Positions 1 through 13,317 are shown, counted from the whole stretch's first letter. The stretch is 63,675 nucleotides of DNA, filler included, from Octopus bimaculoides (GCF_001194135.2; 6 parts of 6 records of this genome joined end to end with filler, not necessarily neighbours in it); one strand, 5' to 3'. The notes: generated by a model from the sequence alone, not told the origin. Translations and numbers: made by a program.

Positions 1-289
1 ACACATACACAGATACATACAAATATACAAAGACAGACAGAGGCAAAGAGCAAACATATATAACAGATACATAGATATACAAAGGCACGTATAAGTCACA
101 CGTTCATAAACAAACACACAATACGAATAACATTCCTGTGAAATGTTGACATAAATACACAGACTATAAATACTTGTTTCACCAAACATCGTAAAAAGAC
201 TATTATTTCTTAAACCTGTCTCCCCATTCTCATTATTCTACATATGTATATATATACAAAATAGAAATGTGTGTATTCACTTATTACGC

Positions 290-745
290 GAAAACACTTG
301 TACTTTGCTTTCATTCCTATTCATGTGTGACCAGGGTTACTTCTTCGAGACATGAAAAGTCGATAGTGATTTCCTCATCAGTGTCTCCGCCGGGTCCTAG
401 GTGTCCGATGTTAGACATATACGTAAGTGACATTGAAGTCCCCAGCACCGAGTATCATGTAGCGTTATGAGGTTAGGATGGAAGACGATCAGATCCCCAA
501 GCGATTTCTATATTTTGAGTTGGTCCAGAGTAAAAGACCAGCACACAAATCGAAATTACATTATCAAGACTGCACGAAGAATATCTTGAGAATGGATGGG
601 AAAAGCTCACTCTAGATTGTTCATTGTGGAAGAAAGCAATGCATGATGGAAGGAGAGAATTCGAACGAAATCCTATCGAACATGAAAAGCTCAGGAGAGA
701 TATTCGTAAGAGTATTAACGTTAAATTGCCTGAATATGTTAGCAT
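290..745 (+). mobile_element. Degenerate 3' end of an RTE-clade LINE ORF2 (stops and frameshifts)
   Basis: Hand translation across frames gives YSCVTRVT, VRMEDDQIPKRFLYFELVQSKRPAHKSKLHYQDCTKNIL and WEKLTLDCSLWKKAMHDGRREFE. This follows the RTE C-terminal pattern Y-G-C-E-T-W ... RM.D.RIPK..LY.EL..G.R..GRPK ... WE.LA.DR..W. Confidence 0.8.
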
Positions 746-789
746 AAAGCCTTATTTAACATGTAAGGTGTGGTGTGGTGTTTGTCAGT

Positions 790-1032
790 CAATGGTTCTA
801 AACTGGGGTCCTTATGGCTCTTGGGGGTCCATATAAGATTTTCTCCTTACAATTTATGTGCAATAAATTGGTTATACTTTTACAATACACAAAATATTTT
901 AACAATTGTTTTTACACAATAATGTTTAATTATAAAAATATAATAGAAGTTTTAAAGCATCAAATGGTTATGCGGGTCCAGTAGAGTAAAATAGGAAACA
1001 AAGTGTGTGTAAAGAATGGTTGAGAACCACTG
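790..1032 (+). mobile_element. hAT (Charlie-type) MITE, family H
   Basis: Termini CAATGGTTCTAAAC and GTTGAGAACCACTG are imperfect inverted repeats. The body matches copies at 7373-7949, 21141-21283 and 46109-46362. Confidence 0.8.
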
Positions 1033-1054
1033 GTAAAGCAAGCCTTAGAAGTCA

Positions 1055-1246
1055 TTATTTCTTTTTATTGCCCATAAAGAGCTAAACATAGAGGGGACAA
1101 ACAAGCACAGACAAAGGGATTAAGTCGATTCCATTGACCCCAGTGCGTAACTGGTACTTAATTTATCGACCCCGAATGGATGAAAAGCAAAGTCGACCTC
1201 GGCGGAATTTGAACTCAGAACGTAACGGCAGACGAAATACCGCTAA
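1055..1246 (-). mobile_element. SINE family B copy lacking its head
   Basis: Reverse complement of the copy at 28905-29135, including the GTCTGTCCTTGTTTGTCCCCTCTATGTTTAGC tail. Confidence 0.9.
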
Positions 1247-1255
1247 ATGTGTGTG

Positions 1256-1314
<59 letters not shown>

Positions 1315-1776
1315 ACTATGTACGTGTACCGTTACAGCTTATGGCAGAACTGAGGTAATCTATGAACGGCATACTGCACTATCCTCTCTATCGTTTCTTT
1401 CACCAACAAGAACAAGTAGCCATACCCTCTTAATTCAGACACCTTGGCAGCTTCATTTTCAACGACGGAAATTCTCTGTCGAATACAACACTAGCGTCGT
1501 TGATTACCTAGGCAACAACTCTCTCGGATATGTCTGACTCACGTCTCCCAGAAAAGCTTTAAAAAGAAAAGAAAAAAGAAAACAAGAGCGGCACCACCCT
1601 TCTCTTCCTTTCTGGAAGAAATCGCTACCTGCTGCTCACTTTGACAGGCTTAATGTTGAAAGGGATTTGATATGGATGAGAAAAGCACAAAGCGATAAAA
1701 GAACATTGAACATTGAGTTACACCTGGCTTTTCTGAACAAATTTGTACATGTACCGTGCGCATCCGAAGCTACAGC

Positions 1777-1890
1777 ATAAAGGACTGGAATGTACAGACA
1801 TTAAAAGATGTGCAAATGGAGGAGAGAATGGTCATCATTACTGGGTTCGATGAACAGGGTCTAGATATCATTTGCCTTTCTCATGTCACT
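1777..1890 (+). mobile_element. RTE-like APE endonuclease N-terminal fragment
   Basis: Translates as IKDWNVQTLKDVQMEERMVIITGFDEQGLDIICLSH, resembling the IGTWNVRTL...ERR..LI...DI..LSE motif. Confidence 0.5.
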
Positions 1891-2160
1891 GAGTTGAATG
1901 GCACGTAAATAGGTCGAAATCGGGATATTTTGGATTCTCATACAAGCATGCTATATTAGGAATTATAAACTGAAAATTATTGTAGACTAATTTTTTTATA
2001 CAAACTCGCACGCATACTCGCAAACACATTGTCATACACACATTCATATGCTCGCGCGCGTGTGTATAATACAGTACGGACACACTCATATAATACACAT
2101 ATAGTATAGACATTTATTTTATGATACTACACTCATAACTATTTAAATGTGTGTATGTGC

Positions 2161-2206
2161 GTATGTGTACGTGTGTGTACGTGTGTGTACGTGTGTGTAC
2201 GTGTAC
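2161..2206. repeat. (GTGTGTGTAC)n 10-bp tandem repeat
   Basis: About four units read directly from the sequence. Confidence 0.85.
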
Positions 2207-2337
2207 GCTAGTGAGTGCATATAGAAAGCATTAGAGAAAAGGGCACTAAGACAGATAAAGTGGATTGAAGGTACGAAGTAAGATAGTGAGCAGATGTGGC
2301 AAGAGAGAAGCAAGTAAAGACAAAATGGACGGGAATG

Positions 2338-2374
<37 letters not shown>

Positions 2375-2564
2375 CATGAGTGTGTGCGTGCGTATTATCT
2401 CTCAATCTCTTTCACAACTATTTGGAAAGTTTTTGAATCGGTTGGGGTGATGGACAGTAGGAGAGTACACATGCTTACACACACACACACACACACACGC
2501 ACGCATGTACACGCGTGTGCATATGTATGTTTCTAAATATGTGTATGTGTTTGTAAAGAGAGAG

Positions 2565-2602
<38 letters not shown>

Positions 2603-3260
2603 AGGGGAGAAATAAGAAGAGAGAGAAAGAAAGAAAGGAGAAATTCACTTCACCTTATCTTGAACATGATGCGGGTTTATGGGATGAAAGGGAGAGTGGA
2701 AGGGGTGGGAGGAGGGTGATGATGTGGTGGATAGTAGGAATGAGGGTTTGGGTGGTGGTGGAGGGAGTGGAATAGGTTAAGGCAAACTATTTCGGGAAAG
2801 AGGGTAAATCAAGTTGAGAGGAGAGGATGCTGATGAGAGAAGGACAGCAGGGCATATAAGAACAACCCCCTTCACCTTACCCCTTACTTTCGCTCTCAGC
2901 TTCCACTCTCAACCGTTATCCAATTATTTATTTATTCTTTTATTTTCAAACGGAAAACAAAATCCCAACAAAATCACTTGTTACTCTGACATATCTCAGC
3001 GGCATATTTGTCAATATCACCAGCCTGAGTTATTTCTCTTTACTTCCGCTATTTATACCACTCGGTCGCGAGAGGAAGGGCGGTAGATTGCTGTATCCGT
3101 TAGGCGACGGACACAATGCTTTACCAAATTGAGTTACGTCCCTTTAAATTCTCGGGTCTAATACCTTTAAAATTCACTTAGACTTTTATACTTGGGTTCG
3201 CAAAAATACGACTCAGTGAAATAATGACATTTATTAAAACAGAAAGAAATATACGGTCCT

Positions 3261-3472
3261 ACTCTCTCTCTTTTACTTGTTTCAGTCATTTGACTGTGGC
3301 CATGCTGGAGCTCCGCCTTTTTAGTCGAGCAAATCGACCCCAGGACTTTGGAAGCCTAGTACTTATTCTATCGGTCTCTTTTGCCGAACCGCTAAGTTAC
3401 GGGGACGTAAACACACCACCATCGGTTGTCAAGCGATGTTGGGGGGGGGGACAAACAGACACACAAACATAC

Positions 3473-3509
<37 letters not shown>

Positions 3510-3675
3510 CATATATACGAGGGGCTTCTTTCAGTTTCCGTCTACGAAATCCACTCACAAGGCTTTTATCGGCCCGAGGCTATAGTAGAAGACACTTGCC
3601 CAAGGTGTCACGCAGTGGGAATGAACCCGGAACCATGTGGTTGGTAAGCAAGCTACTTACCTCACAGCCTGTACC
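3261..3675 (-). mobile_element. SINE family A, near full length (tRNA-like head, CORE-like segment, internal microsatellite, 3' module)
   Basis: Reverse complement of the copies at 4324-4745 and 20570-21140. Probably one of the published octopus tRNA-derived SINEs; family name not verified. Confidence 0.9.
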
Positions 3676-4323
3676 TTCTATAGAAATTATTATTATGAAG
3701 TGAGAAAGTAAGCAGAGCTTTGGAAAAACCGTCTTGCTTTACTACCAGAATTGAAATATCGCCGAGATGGAATTAATCTCTTATCCTTCTGAGTGAATAA
3801 ATATGGACCAGTCAAGTGCAAGAATTAATCTGATCCACTGTGTTATCTCCATAAAGTAATGTCAGAGGTGGTAATCATTGTGTTACTATGGTGGATTGCC
3901 AGAATCTTATCCTAGATATAAAGACAATTGCTGTCAACAACGCTCGTGCTGGAACACCGCCAAAATATCTCACTTACAATACCAAAGACGTCCAGAAACA
4001 ATCAAGAGCAATATCTTCGCCTTCGTAATAAGGCAGGTGTTAACATCGGAATTTCCTTCACCAAGAGAGTTGTCTAAACAAAGACTCACTATACTGAGAA
4101 CAACGATCCTTTGACAGGTTTCGTTTTTCATCCTGCAAGGTCTCCAATGACCCCCACCCCTTATCAAGTTGGTTTGGTAAATTTGTCGACGTAAGTTACC
4201 ATTGGTCCCACCGTGCGACAAGTACTGGATTATATGTTACCAGTAGCGCTAAGACTAACCTGAAGCGCATGCATACATGCATGCATGCATGCATGAGTAC
4301 ATACATACACACATACATACTTT

Positions 4324-4745
4324 AGGCGCAGACGTAGCTGTGTGGTAAGAACCTTGCATCCCAACATCACGGTTCCAGGTTCAGTTCCACTGCGTGGTAC
4401 CTTCGGTGTCTTCTACTATGGCCTCGGCCAGCAAAATCCTTGAGAGTGAATTTGGTGGAGGGAAACTGAAAGACGCCCATCGTATATGTGTGTGCATGTG
4501 TCTGCATGTGTGTGTGTATGTAAGTGTGTGTGTGTGTGTCTTTGTGTCATTGTGGACACCACTGCCGCTTGACAACTGGTGTTGGTGTGTTTACGTCCCC
4601 GTAACTTAGTTCAGCAGAGTCCAATAGAATAAGTAATAGGCTTAAAAAAACAAAGTAGTGGGGTCGATTCATTTGACTATAAAATTCTTCAATGCGTTGC
4701 TGTAGCTTGGCCGCAGTCTAATGACTGAAACACGTAAAAGATAAA
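4324..4745 (+). mobile_element. SINE family A, full length
   Basis: AGGCGCAG...GCTGTGTGGTAAG (A box-like), GGTTCAGTTCC (B box-like), internal (TG)n, and a tail ending GACTGAAACACGTAAAAGATAAA. Confidence 0.9.
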
Positions 4746-4910
4746 AGGCACAGGAGTGGGTGTGTTGGTAAGCAAGCTTACCAACCACATGGTTCCGGGT
4801 TCAGTCCTACTGCGTGGCACCTTGGGGGAGTATCTTCTACTATGGCCTCGAGCTGACCAAAGCCTTGTGAGTGGATTTGGTAGACGGAAACTGAAAGAAG
4901 CTTGTTATAT
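4746..4910 (+). mobile_element. SINE family A 5' half, head-to-tail with the previous copy
   Basis: Head starts right after the previous tail and runs into (TA)n, an N gap (4941-5935) and (TG)n. Confidence 0.85.
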
Positions 4911-5935
4911 ATATATGTATATATATATATATATATATATNNNNNNNNNNNNNNNNNNNNNNNNNNNNNNNNNNNNNNNNNNNNNNNNNNNNNNNNNNNN
5001 NNNNNNNNNNNNNNNNNNNNNNNNNNNNNNNNNNNNNNNNNNNNNNNNNNNNNNNNNNNNNNNNNNNNNNNNNNNNNNNNNNNNNNNNNNNNNNNNNNNN
5101 NNNNNNNNNNNNNNNNNNNNNNNNNNNNNNNNNNNNNNNNNNNNNNNNNNNNNNNNNNNNNNNNNNNNNNNNNNNNNNNNNNNNNNNNNNNNNNNNNNNN
5201 NNNNNNNNNNNNNNNNNNNNNNNNNNNNNNNNNNNNNNNNNNNNNNNNNNNNNNNNNNNNNNNNNNNNNNNNNNNNNNNNNNNNNNNNNNNNNNNNNNNN
5301 NNNNNNNNNNNNNNNNNNNNNNNNNNNNNNNNNNNNNNNNNNNNNNNNNNNNNNNNNNNNNNNNNNNNNNNNNNNNNNNNNNNNNNNNNNNNNNNNNNNN
5401 NNNNNNNNNNNNNNNNNNNNNNNNNNNNNNNNNNNNNNNNNNNNNNNNNNNNNNNNNNNNNNNNNNNNNNNNNNNNNNNNNNNNNNNNNNNNNNNNNNNN
5501 NNNNNNNNNNNNNNNNNNNNNNNNNNNNNNNNNNNNNNNNNNNNNNNNNNNNNNNNNNNNNNNNNNNNNNNNNNNNNNNNNNNNNNNNNNNNNNNNNNNN
5601 NNNNNNNNNNNNNNNNNNNNNNNNNNNNNNNNNNNNNNNNNNNNNNNNNNNNNNNNNNNNNNNNNNNNNNNNNNNNNNNNNNNNNNNNNNNNNNNNNNNN
5701 NNNNNNNNNNNNNNNNNNNNNNNNNNNNNNNNNNNNNNNNNNNNNNNNNNNNNNNNNNNNNNNNNNNNNNNNNNNNNNNNNNNNNNNNNNNNNNNNNNNN
5801 NNNNNNNNNNNNNNNNNNNNNNNNNNNNNNNNNNNNNNNNNNNNNNNNNNNNNNNNNNNNNNNNNNNNNNNNNNNNNNNNNNNNNNNNNNNNNNNNNNNN
5901 NNNNNNNNNNNNNNNNNNNNNNNNNNNNNNNNNNN

Positions 5936-6007
<72 letters not shown>

Positions 6008-7106
6008 GTGCGTATGTTGTACGTGTGTGTTGTGTGCGAGTGTGTGCGCGCATGTTTGTGTTTATGTATCAATGAAGTCCAACGTGAGTAAATTGACTAT
6101 TTGTGCCGGCAATTATGAATGGGTACAAATGATAAAGATATGTAACAGAAACAAAACAAACAAAAATTTAACCAGCATCTGCTCCCGTGCTTAGAGTCTT
6201 GGTAGTTTCGATATCTTCATATAGAACCTCTGCCATAGTAACGCTCGGATATAGTTGGATATGGTTACTAGGCTACGACTTCAGTCAGGATGAGACGCAA
6301 AACCATTTTGGTAGAGTCTTAGCAAGTGAGACGGTAAAAAGGCAAGGAAATGGGAGAAATAAGGTTAAGACTGACGATTTGGACAAAGACAAAAAATTAC
6401 AGCTCTCCTTACGATGAAATTAACTAAAACACCAACTTTTGATAAAATAAAACAACCAATTATGGTATAAATAATACGGGACAAGACAATTCAAGTACGA
6501 TGCGGAAGAATAAAAACACTTTTAGATTCTTGAACGTTAATCTGTATGAAGATATCGAAATTGCCAAGAATCACAGTGTGAGAGCTGATGCAAGTTAAAT
6601 TCTTATTTGTTTTGTCTCTCTTACATATCTTTGTCATTTGTGCTCATTCATAATTACCGACACAGATTATCAAATTTTCTCATGCGTTTGCAAACTGAAA
6701 TGTAAAAAACTTCTGATTAGAGAGGAATATAACGCCAGGTGGATTGTGCAACGTCCACCAAGTATTTCAATTGTTGCATGCTTTATCTACTGCAACAAAG
6801 TCTAGCCTCAAATTTAGTGATACTCCGCCTAAATATGAAGCAAAACTTTGGTCAAACTTAACTTATTTTTGGATATTTCTTAAATTTTTCGATTCACTAT
6901 CCCCATGTGTCATATGAAACATTTCGACAACTTTTATGAATTTTATTTATTGAAAACTTTCAATAAAAGATTTTATTGAAACTTTCAAGTTTCATTTTAT
7001 ATATTTAACAAAAAAATCGTCGTAATATTAGCGCTGTTATTCTTTTCAAATATTTATTTCTTTAAGTTTCGTTCAGTTATTGTATCATTCGTTCATTGTT
7101 ACTTCT

Positions 7107-7147
7107 TGCACTAGCAGCGGTGCACTAGCAGCGGTGCACTAGCAGCG
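7107..7147. repeat. 14-bp tandem repeat TGCACTAGCAGCGG x3
   Basis: Units start at 7107, 7121 and 7135. Confidence 0.9.
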
Positions 7148-7372
7148 ACTAAATTAACAGCAGTGTTGTGCAACAATGTATATTCACAATGGAAGTAAAA
7201 AAAAAAGAAAAGAAAACATACGTAGAATACCCAAAATAGAAAATCTATGAATAATCAAAGAGGTATTTGCCGGGAATTGTTTGTCTACAGAAGTTTGGAG
7301 GATGAAAAAATTACAATGAACTGATTTGCTTAGAGGATTTAAAAGTCCAGCAGATCTAGAGTAGCAATAGAA

Positions 7373-7949
7373 CAGTGGAATTCAACTAGGGTTCATAAAG
7401 CCCTTGAGGGTCCATACACGACTTTGTTGTTTAAATGACTGCGTGGTAAAAAGTTCGCTTTCCAACCATATTGTTTCTCGTTCAGTCCCACTATGTGACA
7501 CCTTGGGTAGATGACTTCTACTTTAGCCTCGGGCCGATCAAAGCCTTGTGAGTGGATTTGGCAGGCGGAAACTGTATGTATGTGTGCATACATACAGTAT
7601 GTACATACATACACACACACGCACACACACACACATATACATACATACATACATACATACACACACGCACACATATCTATGTGTATCTGTGTCTGTGTCT
7701 GCCCACACCCCACTGCTTCAAAACTGGTGTAAAGACTGAAACAGGTAGGAGATAAAAGATAAATAAATTACATATACTTATACAATAGGCAAAATATTTT
7801 AATCTTGTTTTTAGACAATTCCTAATAATATTCAATTATAAAAATAAAGTAGAAAGTTTTTTTCATACAAATCGAATAACAATGGCGGTCCATTAGAGTA
7901 AAATAGGAATCAGAGGGTTCCATAGGCAAAAAATGATTGACAACCAATG
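7373..7949 (+). mobile_element. hAT MITE family H interrupted by a SINE A copy (about 7435-7770)
   Basis: 5' end CAGTGGAATTCAAC, 3' end TTGACAACCAATG. Flanking 8-mers CAATAGAA and CTATAGAG (2 mismatches) may be a decayed TSD. Confidence 0.7.
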
Positions 7950-8174
7950 CTATAGAGGCTAATGTCATGGTTACTTTAAGGAGAATAAGAGAAAATCAAG
8001 AAAAAAGGTATGAGGAGCGAGGAGTGACGTGGAGAGAAGTAAAATGAATTTCGTGAGTTGCACTTGGGAATCTTACCAAGTTTGATAAGTATAACACACA
8101 AAACGCTCGGCCCTCGAGATACTTATGTAAATTTATAGCTGCTTGTGTGTGTGTGTCTGTGTATATGTATTTGT

Positions 8175-8207
<33 letters not shown>

Positions 8208-8254
8208 TACCTATACACCTACAGACAAGCACGTGTATGTATGTACGTATGGAT

Positions 8255-8436
<182 letters not shown>

Positions 8437-9622
8437 GCTGTTGACCTGTTTTTATGAGTTAGCCACAGAAGCAAAAAATTGTGCAAACTGTAAGAGTTTC
8501 TATAAAATATGTACAGAAAACTTCATAGAGTTTAGTTTCCCCCTATAGTTGCTGGAAAAGAGAAAATAAGGTGTGTCTTATATTTTTGGATATAATATTT
8601 TTGCATAAAATATTATATTTACTTCTCAAGTCACCAAAAAAAGAAATGGCTATGAGCATTTCACGTCTCATTCCCAAAGAAAAAAATGAAAATGTACAAA
8701 ATAATACGTTTGACAATCAGAAAACAACCGAAAAACAGAATGCAAAATTTAATTGTAAGAGAAATATTAATAACATCCATGAACTAAATAAAAGCACGGT
8801 CATTTATCTCAACTGAGAAATAATTTTGTCAACAACAACAGGAGTATGCACGTACGTATTGCTTCAGGTGTAAATACGAACAACGAAAAATATTTGTTAA
8901 TGCTTTGTTCAACTGAAATCTCTCGAAACGAAACATTTTTCCCGAAAGATCGAATGTTAGAAACATTGAACTGGTATCAGCTTTCTACAATCTTTTAGAG
9001 AGGCCGTGAAGTAACGTACTTCTGACTTGAGAAAGACAACGGGTTCTTCTGGTCCAATCCAAACAGGAATTGGAGACAGACCTTGCAGATAGTTTAAGTG
9101 AAATATCTCTCACCGAGAGACGGAGGTCATATGGTGCAAAATTACTAATATTAGGCAATCCACCTGCTCACTTGCTGGTTCTGTAGAAAGAGGAAGTCAA
9201 GATCACGATGAGGAATGTCGGTAATATCGATCCCTGGCTTCGTGGCAAAATAATGGCAAGTGACAAGCACAAAAGTAACATTTGACGTTATGGGATCAGG
9301 TGAGGTGGCTCAGACATGTTAAGTCCTTGTGATCCCGTTAGACCACAAAAGTTATACCAGAACTTTAAAGCTCACCGTCCAACGTAGACAATAAGATAAA
9401 GCAATAATTAAAATCTGGGATTGCTAAGAATCGACTACCCCCACCTTTCCTTCTCCAAATTTTAGGATTTGTGTCTATATTAGGAACAATTATTATGCTT
9501 ACAGTATTTAATTATGGTACTTCACGCTCTGGTCTTCATTTCAAATAGTGAGGATGAGTTAATTGGCGAACCCTTCTTCCCCTCAGATATGCAATCTTGT
9601 GACTCTGGTAGATTTCGTATAT

Positions 9623-9662
<40 letters not shown>

Positions 9663-9689
9663 GTGTGCGCGTGTGTACGTGTGTGTGTG

Positions 9690-9734
<45 letters not shown>

Positions 9735-10186
9735 ATGTAGTTGTTTCCGAGCTTAGAGATGAACAAGGTAAGCTATATGCTATAGAGTTGTGGTATCTGA
9801 AGGAAAAGTGGTGGTAGTGGTGGTGGTGGCGGTGGCGGCGACAGAGTGACAGTGGTAGTGGTTGCGATTGTGATGGTGGTGATGGTGGCCATGATGGTGA
9901 TTGTGGTTATGGTGGTGGTGGTGGTAAAAAAATATCTTGTTGCTTAAACCCAAGGTCGGTCTTTGTAAAGCGTACTCACTGTGTCCTTCTTTTTCGCGAG
10001 TAACAGCCGTATTTTGGGGGCATATTTGGGTGCTGCACTAGCTGTTCGAGTAATCGCATAGAGACTCCCGAGTTAGTTGTAAAAGTGGTTGCGTCAGGAA
10101 TTGGAGACAAAGACGGACAAAGGGAAACAAATGGCACTGACTGAAAGTGAAAGGAAAGCACGAATTGTCAGCGTGAGCGAGCGGTG

Positions 10187-11178
10187 TGTATGTATGTATG
10201 TATGCATGTATGTATGTATGTGTGTATGTATGTATGTATGTATGTGTGTGTGTATGTATGTATGTATGTGTGTATGTATGTATGTATGTGTGTATGTATG
10301 TATGTATGTGTGTATGTATGTATGTATGTGTGTATGTATGTATGTATTTGTGTATGTATGTGTGTATGTATGTATGTGTGTATGTATGTATGTATGTATG
10401 NNNNNNNNNNNNNNNNNNNNNNNNNNNNNNNNNNNNNNNNNNNNNNNNNNNNNNNNNNNNNNNNNNNNNNNNNNNNNNNNNNNNNNNNNNNNNNNNNNNN
10501 NNNNNNNNNNNNNNNNNNNNNNNNNNNNNNNNNNNNNNNNNNNNNNNNNNNNNNNNNNNNNNNNNNNNNNNNNNNNNNNNNNNNNNNNNNNNNNNNNNNN
10601 NNNNNNNNNNNNNNNNNNNNNNNNNNNNNNNNNNNNNNNNNNNNNNNNNNNNNNNNNNNNNNNNNNNNNNNNNNNNNNNNNNNNNNNNNNNNNNNNNNNN
10701 NNNNNNNNNNNNNNNNNNNNNNNNNNNNNNNNNNNNNNNNNNNNNNNNNNNNNNNNNNNNNNNNNNNNNNNNNNNNNNNNNNNNNNNNNNNNNNNNNNNN
10801 NNNNNNNNNNNNNNNNNNNNNNNNNNNNNNNNNNNNNNNNNNNNNNNNNNNNNNNNNNNNNNNNNNNNNNNNNNNNNNNNNNNNNNNNNNNNNNNNNNNN
10901 NNNNNNNNNNNNNNNNNNNNNNNNNNNNNNNNNNNNNNNNNNNNNNNNNNNNNNNNNNNNNNNNNNNNNNNNNNNNNNNNNNNNNNNNNNNNNNNNNNNN
11001 NNNNNNNNNNNNNNNNNNNNNNNNNNNNNNNNNNNNNNNNNNNNNNNNNNNNNNNNNNNNNNNNNNNNNNNNNNNNNNNNNNNNNNNNNNNNNNNNNNNN
11101 NNNNNNNNNNNNNNNNNNNNNNNNNNNNNNNNNNNNNNNNNNNNNNNNNNNNNNNNNNNNNNNNNNNNNNNNNNNNNN

Positions 11179-11245
<67 letters not shown>

Positions 11246-11321
11246 AAGAGAGAGAGAAGGCTGTACGAGAACGAGCAAGCGAGAAACAGACTGACAAATG
11301 AACTGAGAGAGACAAACTGAC

Positions 11322-11354
<33 letters not shown>

Positions 11355-11355
11355 T
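10187..11355. repeat. (TATG)n/(TG) array, N gap 10401-11179, then (AG)n
   Basis: Read directly. The long ORFs reported across it are artefacts. Confidence 0.95.
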
Positions 11356-12290
11356 AGAAGAAAACAAGGGGAAGAAAAAAGTGAGACAGGGAGGCCGAGT
11401 TAGTGTGTGTTTGTGTGTTATCTGAGAGTCGTGTGTTGGGTGACTGCAGTGAACGTTATTATATACTTAATTACAGTTTGTAGTTGTAGTTGTTGTTCGT
11501 GTTGGTGTAGTAGAAGCTATTTTCTTTAGCTTAGCCGTGGCTCCGCGGTTTTGTTTTGTAAGTTCCTTCTTAAAGAACCAAAACAAAATCCCTTAAAAAA
11601 CTTGTTACGGAAGGTGGGATCTTCTGAAAGAACCGGCACGGACTTTTGAAAAAGAAAACGGGAGAACTTTTAGAAAACATTCACACACACACACACATAC
11701 ATACAAATACACACACACACACATGTACAAAATCTGGAGGAAAACTTTCAATCACCTATCACTCGCATTCTATTCGCAAACACACACTGTTGATACAAAC
11801 ACATACATATTCGCTGATACCTACCAAGACTCAAAAACGCACACTTTTACACATACATGCACATATACTATAATTTATACAGATGTATACAGAGCAGAGA
11901 TTACAAAATACAGACACGGACGCACAGACTAGAAGCAACGCGCGGGCACATAAATAAGAACAAAATAACCTCCAACAACACCACCATCATCATCACAACC
12001 ACCACGAACAACATGTTGGTTGACATGGATATATATAGGCAGTTATACAGATAGTTAGACAGTCCTACATATACTTATATATGAAGGCATCTATACACAC
12101 ACACACACGCACAAGAATAAAAACAAGTTAGATAAACAGAGGGAGAGAGGGAGAGACAAAGCATCGAACCATGTTATGTTTGGTTTCATTAATGCATTTG
12201 CAAATAACATTCACAACATAAACATACAATTTCACACGCACTCACACACACACCGAGTTCCTCCAGCTTTCACTCTCTCACTCACTCTCT

Positions 12291-12347
<57 letters not shown>

Positions 12348-13247
12348 ACACATATGTATATATTCATACCTATAAGCATACAAACACATAAAAACACATG
12401 GCGCTTCATATATGCATACTTCAACATTGTGGTAGAAGTTAGAAGCCGGCAAGGTAGCTAATAGGAAGTGTAAACAAAAACATCGTGATCATACATACAT
12501 ACATACATACATACATATAAACATACATGCATACATACATACTTAGGAATATATTTTTTTGTGTATACACAAAAATAAGTTTACGCTTCATGTAGAAGCT
12601 TATGCTTGTTTATATACATACATACATACATACATACTGATATGCATTTACATATATGACTGATATGTATATTTTATATATATGCATTATATCTATATAA
12701 CTACCAACATCCAAACTGTGCACGGAAAACATTAACAAGGACCGGTATCAAGCAGATTTATAATGAGGACGAGGCCTGTGTGTTTTATTCGCTTAGAGGT
12801 AGGTAACTTGTATTTACTCAATCAGAGACTAACTTCTACACACAAATACAAGCATACACACACAAGCATGCACACACATATCTGTGTGTGTGTGTGTGTA
12901 TGTGTGTGAGTGTATAAGCGTGTAGGTGTTTGCTATTAGTATGTATTTGTATACAATTCAGTTTGATGTACCTATTTTTCACATGCTTCGCCGCGGCTCT
13001 TATACTCTGCGTTACATATATGACTTGTGTACCGGTTGCGAATACTTTCAGTGGGAAATATATTTGTATACAAACAGTCTGCAGTTCAGATGTACGACTA
13101 TATTACTTACATATACTGTAATAACCACACACAATCACACAGACAGACTTATACACACAATCACATATGCACAAACACACTAACACAAACTCTCATACAC
13201 AGAAGTATATGCCTGACTTTTTCTTGCTCTTCCATTATTTTATCTTC

Positions 13248-13317
<70 letters not shown>

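Noticed and set aside
3760-4260. Possible LTR-retrotransposon integrase fragment
   Set aside because: No convincing zinc-finger or DDE motif could be assembled in any frame.
11390-11565. Possible plus-strand first exon or bidirectional promoter with 9980-10140
   Set aside because: Support is only a few CpGs and TTT|GTAAGT with a poor exonic context, too weak without expression data.
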